In this document: one piece after another, positions 1-17,847 of the stretch | Numbering within the stretch: the stretch's first letter is position 1 | Layout of the letters: each line of letters opens with the position of its first letter | Assembly: GCA_002269645.1 (NCBI GenBank) | Contig: NIVC01000522.1 | Coordinates: 372,001-436,000 of the forward strand | Reading direction: 5' to 3' | DNA: 64,000 nt | Source: Macrostomum lignano | Taxonomy: Eukaryota | Notes under the pieces: model-generated | Seen by the model: the letters and a program-made list of their open reading frames with translations, nothing else | Told to the model about the DNA's origin: nothing | Database searches by the model: none | Program-made: the position numbers and the translations under genes

Positions 1-7466
<7,466 letters not shown>

Positions 7467-7791
7467 CTCGGCGGGCCTGAAGTTGTCTGGCACTGTGACC
7501 CACCTATCTACGGAATTGTTGAGTTAGTGCCACCCTATCTCATGCTCGCACCTTTACTCAGGTATTTAGTTTGTGCTGTGATAATAAGACTGGAATATAT
7601 CAAGGGAAGACAATGTATTTTAAGTGTTCGCGTATATTATATTATTTTATTTGTACGAGCTAATAGAACTTAAAAAATACAAAAACAGAGAGACATTTGA
7701 AATTTTAGGATAGAAAAACAAAATTAAGTATCTAGCCGCAGATTTACCGTCCTATTCCAGAGAAAGCATTTAATATGGCTGGACAGTCAGT

Positions 7792-8250
7792 TTAAACATT
7801 GACGGAGCACTCAACTTGGCTAATAACAGACGAGTTGCTATCCTTCCGCTTCTCGGGCTCAGGTTTGCCAAAAACTACAGGCCTATTTTTGCTACTACTT
7901 CTAGCGACAGCAGTAGACCGACGGAATAGCATGTCGCTAGTGCGAGCGTCACGTTCGGCCGCTTTGTTTAATTCCGTAAAGGTTTGTTCCAGAGTGTCCG
8001 TACTGTCCTTCCTAGACATTAGCCGTGACTTCTCAGCCGTTGGCAATTCTTGTGCCGGGCTCTGTTTCTTGGGACAGGTGCAATTAATCAATCTCTGCAC
8101 TAAGCAGATGCCAGCGGGTATTAAGAAGCAGCCAAGAAGCAGGACGCCAAAGAATACCAGATAGAGTACGTTGACAACATTGAATTTAAATATTGTATCA
8201 GTTGTGCCGTTCGACGCCGCGGTAGAATTCGGGTCAGTCGTTGAAGTCAT
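7792..8250 (-). CDS. Small single-pass membrane protein of unknown function (152 aa)
   Basis: Intronless ATG-to-stop ORF. Short S/T-rich N-terminus with N-glycosylation sequons (NST, NGT), one hydrophobic stretch VLYLVFFGVLLLGCFLIPAGICLV, charged tail. AATAAA on the minus strand at 7646-7651. Confidence 0.55.
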   Translation of the reverse strand: MTSTTDPNSTAASNGTTDTIFKFNVVNVLYLVFFGVLLLGCFLIPAGICLVQRLINCTCPKKQSPAQELPTAEKSRLMSRKDSTDTLEQTFTELNKAAERDARTSDMLFRRSTAVARSSSKNRPVVFGKPEPEKRKDSNSSVISQVECSVNV

Positions 8251-8566
8251 TCTTGCATAGTTTAATTAAATCCGCATTTCCTTCTGCACTCAAGACTTCA
8301 AGCGCTTTTTTCTAATGACTGGAAGTACGCCATAGACTAGGGATCCATGTGCAAGCTATTTTTAACCTTCGATTTGTACTTTTAAAACGCCCGAGCTGCT
8401 GTCGATCATTTTGTAAGAAACCCATATGCAGAGGCGCCGCACAGTTTAAACGGCCGTTCCACTCGAGCAAACAAAGGCAAAACTGTTGGCTCATTTTCCC
8501 AGTGTTTTTACCTGGAGAACCTTTTCTACATACCTGTCCTGGCATTTCAGGCTGGCCTTATCCACC

Positions 8567-9491
8567 GGGTGCCCTTGAATTTAGTAACCGAAATTTAGTA
8601 ACCGTGAATTTAGTACCGCTCAAATTTAGTAACGCCTGAATTTAGTAACGCAACAATGGTGCAGCTGAGAGATATCCCATATGTATTATTATAATATAAA
8701 GTTTCATCATGCACCTATCATTTATATGGGAGATTTCAATATTACTGTATGCACAAATTTAAGATTTTTTAGAATTGAAGACTGGGAGGCGAATCGCAAC
8801 TGTAGATATTTTATTCCAACAATGTTAATAATACAAGTCATAATATTACAATGAATAGTAATATATATATAGTGAAGTTGCAGAACAATAGAACTTTCCT
8901 TCACTTCATATTCACTTCCTTTCCTTCATATTATACAAATACATAAGGAATATCTCTCGGCTGAACCATTTGTTGCGTTACTAAATTCAAGTGGTACTAA
9001 ATTCAAGCGGTACTAAATTCAAGTGGTACTAAATTCAAGCGGTACTAAATTCAAGTGGTACTAAATTTGAGCGGTACTAAATTCAAGCGGTACTAAATTC
9101 AAGTGGTACTAAATTCAAGCGGTACTAAATTCAAGCGGTACTAAATTCAAGTGGTACTAAATTTGAGCGGTACTAAATTCAAGCGGTACTAAATTCAAGC
9201 GGTACTAAATTCAAGTGGTACTAAATTCAAGCGGTACTAAATTCAAGCGGTACTAAATTCAAGTGGTACTAAATTTGAGCGGTACTAAATTCAAGCGGTA
9301 CTAAATTCAAGTGGTACTAAATTCAAGCGGTACTAAATTCAAGCGGTACTAAATTCAAGTGGTACTAAATTTGAGCGGTACTAAATTCAAGCGGTACTAA
9401 ATTCAAGTGGTACTAAATTCAAGCGGTACTAAATTCAAGCGGTACTAAATTCACGGTTACTAAATTTCGGTTACTAAATTCACATAGACCC
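8567..9491. mobile_element. Non-autonomous foldback/MITE-like element with modular TIRs
   Basis: 8567-~8690 is the reverse complement of ~8950-9491; the right arm carries an expanded 16-bp unit (AAGCGGTACTAAATTC). Flanks TATCCACC (8559-8566) and TATCCATC (9492-9499). Confidence 0.75.
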
Positions 9492-9689
9492 TATCCATCT
9501 CCCCTCTCCCATCTCCCACCTCCTCTCTCCCATCTTCCAAATCCTATCCCCCACCTCCCACCCCCTACCTCAGCTCCTACTCTCCCCAACACTTAGTCCT
9601 CAAACTGCTGCATTTGATCAAGGAAATACCTCCTCTTGATCAAGGAAGGATCGCCTCTGATAGACTTTCTTAATCAAAAGTTCCAATGC

Positions 9690-9960
9690 AAGGCATGCTG
9701 CTAGAATTTTCAAACTCTCCGTAACCCTGCCCATACTGGCACTGATGGGCTAATTGGAGACTGAGCTCAGCTCAGGCAAAAACAAAAGAATTGACTATTC
9801 ATTCTTCATCACAGATGACGACGATGCACAACAGAAGTACTACCAAGAAGCGTCAGCCAGACTCCGTTGCAAGCCTGCAATGACTTGCGCCTTTAAATCG
9901 ATACCTCCTTACGGACGTTCAAGCGACCAGCCTCCGCACTGCATTAGCATCAGTTCTTAG
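9690..9960 (+). pseudogene. Possible relic of a LINE AP-endonuclease C-terminus
   Basis: KRIDYSFFI resembles the xRIDY motif, preceded by NPAHT in another frame and followed by SSDQ; frame broken. Confidence 0.3.
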
Positions 9961-10506
9961 GACGGATGAAGAGAAGAGAGCTGGGAAAAAGCAACAGACA
10001 AAAAACACAATGCGTGCACTACATTATGAGCGGGAGTGCATTACCACTCTGCTCTTTCGCCCAGCCTCTCCTGATGTCTCCCTTTTCTATCCCTGATACT
10101 CTTGTCTCCTCCAAAACAGAGCGACACTATGCTCACCAGCGTGGTCCCAAAAGTCCCCAAAAACTTTCCAAGGATGGAGAGCCAGAGAGAGGAAGAGAAT
10201 TACGCGATAGAGACACCTGCCGGCCCACAAGCCTCACTCTATCAAGTCGCCCTAGGTAACAGCCTATCTGCTCCGTCTCTTAACCCCCAGGCCCACGTAC
10301 CCCCCCCCCCCCAAGTTTTCTATTTAAAATTAAACTCCCATGCCGCAAGCCATTAAAGGACCTAGCTATCCGCCCACGTTTGCTCTCAGTGTTGGACAGG
10401 AACAGAATTTGCCGATCTAGTCTAGCTATTCTAATCATGGCAGATCCAGAAAGTAAGTGCAGCACTTCAGCTGAAATTATTTCTAACTATCGAACTATCT
10501 TCCGCA

Positions 10507-10833
10507 GGAGGCGTAGCCCAGCGGTCTAGTGCGGCGCTCTGATGTGCCAGCGGCCCAGGCTCGATTCCAAGTGGTCACATTGATTTGGGGTTAAATTGGA
10601 ATCTCGGCTTGGCTCTGCTCGTGCAATTAATGCCCTTGAAGGCCAACCCCCAAGGCACAGTGAAGTGTACATGCCTAACGATAAATAAAGTTAGGGCCAT
10701 TGTACACTTCTGTGCGAGTGTGCCTGTGCGTTATGACTGGGTACGTATCAGCGCGCTTGCTTGCTCAGGGGTGTCAGAATGTCGCTTAAAGTTCACCAGG
10801 GTGTGGAGAGTCTAATTGACTATAATAAAAAAA
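10507..10833 (+). mobile_element. tRNA-derived SINE, family A
   Basis: A box TAGCCCAGCGG, B box GGCTCGATTCC, shared body, A-rich tail; homologous copies at 43.3, 53.0 and 59.0 kb. Confidence 0.85.
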
Positions 10834-11104
10834 TCTGTCTCCAGCTGCTCCAGGTGGTCATTTCTTTACGAAAATATGTAGCTGTTCCCATAATTGAGCG
10901 ACGAAAGTCCGAACGAATGCATGGAGAGATGTTTTAGCATCTTAGCCGAATTTCTTACATTTCGATCGCAAAACTTCCTAAGCAAACGGCTGTCAAACTC
11001 ACAGCTTATTTCACAGTTACCGCAAATATAAGTCCAGCAGCTGAGCCATGACCTCATCCTTAGATACGCCAGACGTTCGAGTTCCCTACCAACAATCCAC
11101 GCAG

Positions 11105-12804
11105 GTCTAAAAGCCGTGTTTGACTACTTCGATCGCGACGGTACTGGCACGCTAGAATTGGACGAACTGGAGGAACTGCTCAACGCGCTTGGCCAGTGCG
11201 TCACTAAGGAGGAAGTCAGAAGCATTATGGCCGCCGACGATATTAATAGTAAGGCACAAAAAATAAATTTGATTATTTATCAGAGTTATGAGCACCCTGG
11301 TGCAACGGCTTTAGCGACACCATTCCGCTGACTCCTACGAGCGCGCCCTGACGACTTGCTAATCACCAGGCATGTAGACTCTTTGCACCTTGAAGGTTGG
11401 TCGTCATGAGTGTAAATCGCCAACTCGCAGGACGGAATCGAACCAGGGGTCTTGGAGTGAGAGTTGGACGCATTTATCGCTGAGCCGAGCTACTTTGGAT
11501 ACATCTTGATACACTGACTTTGAATACCACAGAAGATTATTGCACACTTTCAGAACTCTATGGAACGGCCTTTCTAAGCCATTTCATGGAACAATAAAAC
11601 CTCAAGTTTTTCTGCCTGTGCCAACTCAGACATACCGACCCGTTTGGTCTTGAACTCCCTGTGCTTAAGGCTGCTGCTGTGAACGCGTGCTGCTGTGATA
11701 ATGAGCCAGCAACTGTCTCCTTGCTCATCTATCTTTTAACTAACTTTCTCTCTTCCTCTCTCTCTCTCAGGCGACGGAGTGATGAGTCTGAGCGAATTTA
11801 TCGAGTTCTACAAGCGACACGGCAAGGACGCAGCTAAGGTTGGCCAGGAGATCGGCGATGCGTTCAAGGTGAGTCTCTCAGATCAAGATTCTCCCGATGA
11901 AAACGGTACCTTAGCCAAGAAACATCCCAGCAACTTGCGTCACGCCAGATTCGTTTCAGAGTCGTCGCAGGTTGATTCTAGACGACTCTAAAACGACGTC
12001 AAACTCATCAAAGAGTCGCCTAAAAGTAAATTTGAGACGTTTTATTGTCTGCTACTTAGAAACGACTATGGTGCGACGCAAGTGACTCTGGGACGCTTTT
12101 ATAATGACTCTGGGGCCGTAGAGTTGTATTTAAGGCGTGCTAGAGTCGGTTTAAAGCCACCGAGTAGCGTCTATGGCGCATTTGCGTCACTTTATGAATT
12201 TGAATCGCAGTTTGCATTTATAACAAATCTATTTAGTCTGCTTGAATTATTAGAAAGTTAAGCGCTAACACAGCAACTCTTGGACAGCTTTTTCGCGACT
12301 CTTACGATTCTAAAACTAATGTGATGCGCTCGTGACTCAACAGTTGCCTCTCCGTCGTGAGTCGTTATTTGAGTCATTAAGGATTCGCCCCAGAGTCACC
12401 AGTAAAGAGCTTACAATGACTCTTTAGCAACTATTGTCACAGTGACGTTTTAAACAGATCTGGCTTAAAGTTCAAAATTATATCAATAATTTTTAGAGAT
12501 TCGACAGGAACAATCGCGGCTATCTGTCTAAGACAGACATGGAGACAATTCTAACAAAAGGTGGCGCTTTTCCATTCACAAAAGAGGAAGCGGAAATGTG
12601 TTTCGATGCTTTCGACCTGAACAAAGATGGCCAGATGGACTATGGTGGTGAGAATAAGAAATACAGGCTTTTTTCTCAATTGCAGTTACTATCAGTAGAC
12701 TAACTGCGCATGACTAATAAAATTTAATTTCAGAATTTGCCAATTTTCTGTGCACAATTTGTCCAACATTCGAAGATCTGGAGAAGTTGAATGACAGACA
12801 GTGA
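11105..12804 (+). CDS. Calmodulin-like four EF-hand protein; start codon/first exon unresolved
   Basis: Exons 11105-11248, 11771-11868, 12497-12647, 12734-12804 join in phase. Loops DRDGTGTLELDE, DINSDGVMSLSE, DRNNRGYLSKTD, DLNKDGQMDYGE; stop TGA 12802-12804. Confidence 0.9.
11275..11495 (-). mobile_element. tRNA-derived SINE, diverged relative of family A (calmodulin-like intron)
   Basis: B box GGTTCGATTCC; body blocks CCAACC..CAAGG..TACATGCCT and GTCGCTAAAG..CACCAGGGTG match family A. Confidence 0.65.
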
Positions 12805-13919
12805 ACTTGCCTGCTACTGCCAACTTGAGACAAAACATTCAAATATGGACTCAAAAATGTTTACTGTTACTTTATTATTATAACTGTACTTACAACCACT
12901 ATTCTATAGTAACTATGCTATAGTAATTCAAGTACCTGCATACTTACACAATAAATCAAACATAATGATTTTATACTAAAAGCAAACTTTCAAACCTTGA
13001 CATAGTTAGCAACAATAATAGTCACCATTTAGTGATTCTATTAAAACAATGTTGTCTTATACAGGTAATTTTAAATTTAATTTTTAATACTTTAATAAAT
13101 ATACAAGTTAATGTTGACATCTCAAAGATTATATACCTATATAATCAAAATGAAGGCTAAAGCTTATTGCATAACAATAATCCAAGTAAAAAACTTCATT
13201 ACTTATTATACCAAAGACTTTTTATTAGGTAGGCTATATGACCAAGCTTTCTATATAACAAAGAAATAAATATGCTTAACATTATTAAAACCAATAAAAA
13301 CCTATACATCTCTTTACTAAAATAAACACAATAAATTATTCGTATAGCATTAACTACATGTCTGATACTAATGACAATTCAAGTTAACACTTTAGGAGCT
13401 CTTTAGAGTTCTTATTTATAAGCATTGTAAAGGCTAAAGTATACTTATAGTTAAGGTATTGAGGTATATAAATGTCAAAGTTTGTGCCTTATGTTGCAAT
13501 AGAGCATTTGTATGAAAGGAGTTACAGCAAAGGAATATTATAATAAATTTTAAAAAGTAAAATAACAATTGATTTAAACACCTTTTTTTTATCTTTACTT
13601 CTTATATTATACAAGCTGTTGAAACCCGCAGAATTTGAACCTGGGGAATTCCAATCCCTAGAACTATTTTTGCATGTATTCTGAAATCTAAGCCTATACT
13701 CAAACAAAAACTTGTTATTAGTTAGTAGGATAGAGGTAAACAAAATGGAGCACATTTGCGTAAAACTAGGATTTGAGGCAAACATTGATATTGTTGGCTG
13801 GGGTGCTTTTACTTAAATAGGCAATTAATGTCTGTCTGACTCTAAAACATGTATTGGCAAACTCTGGCCTCTGCCTCTGACTCTCCCTACGTCCCTTGGA
13901 TCCTTTGAAACTTCTATCT

Positions 13920-15390
13920 TCTCTTCTGTTTCCTCTCTTCTCTCTCGTCCCTCGTCTCTCCTCTTTGCTCTCTCTCCTCTCCTCTCGTATCTTCCCTCAT
14001 TTCTCTTCTTTTTCATCTCTGTTATCTCATCTCTTCTTTTCTTCTTCTCTTCTTTTCTGTTTCCTCTCCTCCCACTCTTCTCTCGTCTTTTCCTTCACCT
14101 CTCTTCTCTCTCGTCTTTATTTGCTCTCTGATCTCTCCTTTCTCTTCTCTTACTGCTCTTTTATCTCTTTTCATTTCTCTCTGCTTCCCCCCTCTATCTC
14201 TGCTTCCCCCTCTCTCTCTGCTTCCCCCCTCTCTCTGCTTCCCCCCTCTCTCTGCTTCCCCCTCTATCTCTGCTTCCCCCTCTCTCTCTGCTTCCCCCCT
14301 CTCTCTCTGCTTCCCCCTCTATCTCTGCTTCCCCCTCTCTCTCTGCTTCCCCCTCTCTCTCTGCTTCCCCCCTCTCTCTCTGCTTCCCCCTCTCTCTCTG
14401 CTTCCCCCTCTCTCTCTGCTTCCCCCTCTCTCTCTGCTTCCCCCCTCTCTCTGATTCCCCCTCTCTCTCTGCTTCCCCCTCTCTCTCTGCTTCCCCCTCT
14501 CTCTGCTTCCCCCTCTCTCTCTGCTTCCCCCTCTCTCTCTGCTTCCCCCTCTCTCTCTGCTTCCCCCTCTCTCTCTGCTTCCCCCTCTCTCTCTGCTTCC
14601 CCCTCTCTCTCTGCTTCCCCCTCTCTCTCTGCTTCCCCCTCTCTCTTATCTCTCCTCTCCCATCTTTCTTCTCCTCTCTACTCTCTCCCCTCCATTCTCT
14701 CCTCTCGCCTCACTCACTTCTCTCTCCCTTTGTCTCTCTTCTCGTCTCTGTAATCTTTTCTCTCTTATCTCTCCTCTGTTCTCTCTACTCTCCCATCTCT
14801 CGTCTGTTCATTTTCGTCTCTGCTCTCAGCTCATCCCCCCTCTTTCATCTGTCATCTTTACTGTCTTATATGTTGTCTCATTCTGTCCTCTGTACTCTTT
14901 TCTTTCACCTCTTTTGTCTCCTCACTTTCCTTTCTCCTTTCTCCTTTCTTCTCTTCTCTTCTCTTCTCTTCCCACTTCTATATACTCTCTCCCTCTCTTG
15001 TCTCGTCTCTTCTCTCTCCACGCTCCTCCTTTATCTCTCATCTCTCATCTCTCCTTACACCTATCTCATCTGTACAACCTTATCTCTTGTCTCTTCCATT
15101 TACTCTCTCATCTCTCCTTTCTCCTCTTTACTAACTCCTCTCTGCTCTCCTCTCATCTGCAGCTCTCTGCTCTCTACTCGCTCCTCTACTCTCTCCTCTC
15201 CACTCGCTCCTCTACTCTCTGCTCTCTCCTCTCTAATCGCTCCTCTACTCTCTCCTCTCCTCTATACTCGCTCCTCTCTACTCTCTCCTCTCATCGTCCT
15301 CACTCCCTCATCTCTCCTATTATCTTTTATCTTTTATCTTATTCCCTCTCTCACCTCTCCTCTCTTTTCGAATAGTCTATTCCTTCTCTC
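13920..15390. repeat. CT-rich tract with an internal ~18-bp unit (CTGCTTCCCCCTCTCTCT)
   Basis: Direct inspection. Confidence 0.95.
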
Positions 15391-16249
15391 CACTCTCAAC
15401 TGCCCCTCAGCCATAAGCTGGATTCTTTTCTGGCCTTTGAGGTAAAAGTCTGCCCATTCCTGCTTGGAAAGCCAGTTTGTGGGACGTAGTACTCTCATGG
15501 CTGTTCTCATGCTTTGATCACGTCATCTTTCTTGCCAATTTGCAGCCCTGAAAGGAATTTGTGTATCTTCAGCTCCACTGCAGTCTGCATCAGTCTAACA
15601 ACCAAGGAAATACGCATTTCTTAGGAGGCCATTTAAATTTTAAAGTACCCTTAAGATAAACCTTTAATTTCCATGATGTGACTAATTTAGTAGGGTTGTA
15701 TTGCAATGCATCACCGTTTCATAAATCTTTTGCTTTTACAAACCATGCTGGATCCAGCTAGTGGATTGCCTTGATTTTCCAATTGCCATTGCCATCCACT
15801 GCATATAGGCTATACAGAGGGCAGTGGTTAGAATTTCTCACTTAACTGTCATGGCTAAACGTGGCCTCTCCACTCTCGGGGTGCAGAGAAGGCTATAAAT
15901 AAAGTTATTCCAAAACACTGTACGTTGCCATGTACATTAAGCCCTATTGCCTGACTCTTGGTCTGGCACCCCTGGCTCTGGGGGAATGAGTGAGTGAGTG
16001 GCACAAACAACAGAAAAAGCAGACAAAATTCATATGCTTACAGTTTCTGTTCTGATTAGATTACAGAGTTGAAACTTTAAATTTTGACAGAGAATGAGTC
16101 AATGAAGAATTGTGTTAAGTTTAAAGTCAATTGCTTTATGTGGAGCAAACTTATGGCAGCTGAAGTTAGTCAATTTTAAACCCTTTTACACATCTGGGCC
16201 CAGATCAGGAAAGAGGCAGGTGGGTGGAGGTTGGGGTGGTTGCTACGCT

Positions 16250-16600
16250 GAAAAAAAGAGCCTAACTTTTAAAGTGCACAGCACTGCTCAGGATTAACTT
16301 TAAGACTCAAAATTTTACATGATTGTCTGTGTCAAATTTGAAGAGAATCGGTAGAAGTGGAGCGGCGCTATGGAGGATTTAGTGAAAAAATTGTGCATTT
16401 TGAGCAGTTTTTTGTACTTTTAGGAAGGAAGACTTGAGTCTAGGAAATTTAAAGGTAGCTTAAGACATTCTCCGTAGTAAGTTTAGGATGGGTGTAAAGT
16501 TTGGTGCCATTTGGTTGAGCAGTTTGGGAGTCCATAGCAATCAAAATTGTATATACACAGACAGACAGAGTTTTGATTTTTGTATATAAAGATTATATTG
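16250..16600. mobile_element. Possible HINE/DINE-like non-autonomous element fragment
   Basis: Ends ACAGACAGACAGAGTTTTGATTTTTGTATATAAAGAT after AAATTTGAAGAGAATCGG and AAAGTTTGGTGCC blocks; resemblance from memory only. Confidence 0.3.
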
Positions 16601-17812
16601 GCCTATAACTATACAAAGTCTATTTTTAATATTGGCTTGTAATTTTATTTGTATTGTATAGCTAGGTCTAGCCCCCCTTCCAACAAAAAATTTTCAGAGT
16701 CTACCCTTGAGATTTAATTCAAATTCTTCTATTCTAGAATTAATTAATAATTAATATTTAAGCTTTTAAATTTTTAAAAAGAATTATGCAATTTATTATT
16801 TTATATTTTATAATTTTCTTTAAAAAGCAACAAAAAAGTTAAAACAGAAATACAAAAAATGATTTGATGCCATTTTAGCATTACACACAATATAACTTTT
16901 TTAAAAACTCCTAACAAGCTTGGACTAAATGACTAATTTAAATATATTATTATATATAAAAAGTACTCAGTTCTCATGTGATATAGCAAATCTATCAAGT
17001 GAGGTTTTATAGAATTCAAAATAAAATAACCATAAGTTTTTTATACAAAAATTGATACAAACATACTATGATTCAATGATTGTAAGATTACAATGTAATG
17101 CTGCAGCTACATGAGTAAAATAAACCTTAATTTTTCAGAAGTGACTAAAAAGACTTTTAAAATAAAAAAATATACTAATATTTATAGACAGCAAGCTTGC
17201 AAGGCAATTACACCTAGTTACATATTGCATTATTACCTATGCTATATTGGCATTGGCTGTTTGTTAAGCATAAATATTAGACCAAATACCCACAGCTAAG
17301 CAAATTGATTCTGAAAAAAAAATAGCGAGACATTACTCTCACTACCAAAAGACAGTTAATCATACAATGCATGTACTGGATAAACAGAAAAGGATACCTC
17401 ATTGCGGTCATGGGCTCAAGCTTGGCTTGCATTTGGGTTTATAAAACTTGCCAAATGGTCAGTCGACGTTCGTAGAAAATACTAAATTTAATAAGTTTGC
17501 TGTAATAATCAATTACTTTAACAAATAGGTTCTACCTATTTTAAAAGAAGTATACGATTTTTTCTTAGCAAAATTTTCTGTGTACTCTTTTAAAATATTT
17601 AATTTTGCTTGACAAATTTTAAGAAGATACACCATGCACTATCTATCAAGCTGCAAAATTAATTTATGTTTTTTGGTTGTACTATATGTACATTTACTAT
17701 GATATGCCGAGTAACGTGCCAGCCCACGCCGAAAAATGTCTGCGGCATCAACTCCGGTACCAATTGTGAGCAGTACGGCTCATTGCATGTAAACCTCTAA
17801 CTTCAGTTGCTG

Positions 17813-17847
17813 CAAGGACTTCTAGACTAGACTAGTAGAAGTCCTTG
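17813..17847. mobile_element. 35-bp hairpin insertion (12-bp TIR, 8-bp direct repeats)
   Basis: CAAGGACTTCTA-11 nt-TAGAAGTCCTTG flanked by AGTTGCTG at 17805-17812 and 17848-17855. Confidence 0.65.

Noticed and set aside
10507-10580. tRNA gene candidates at SINE heads (also 59140-59213, 59703-59770)
   Set aside because: A and B boxes are present but there is no complete acceptor stem, and they run into repeat bodies.
15400-15500. MRVLRPTNWLSKQEW looked like the Las1 N-terminus
   Set aside because: No further Las1 motifs, and the paralogous 45-kb block lacks both Trp residues.
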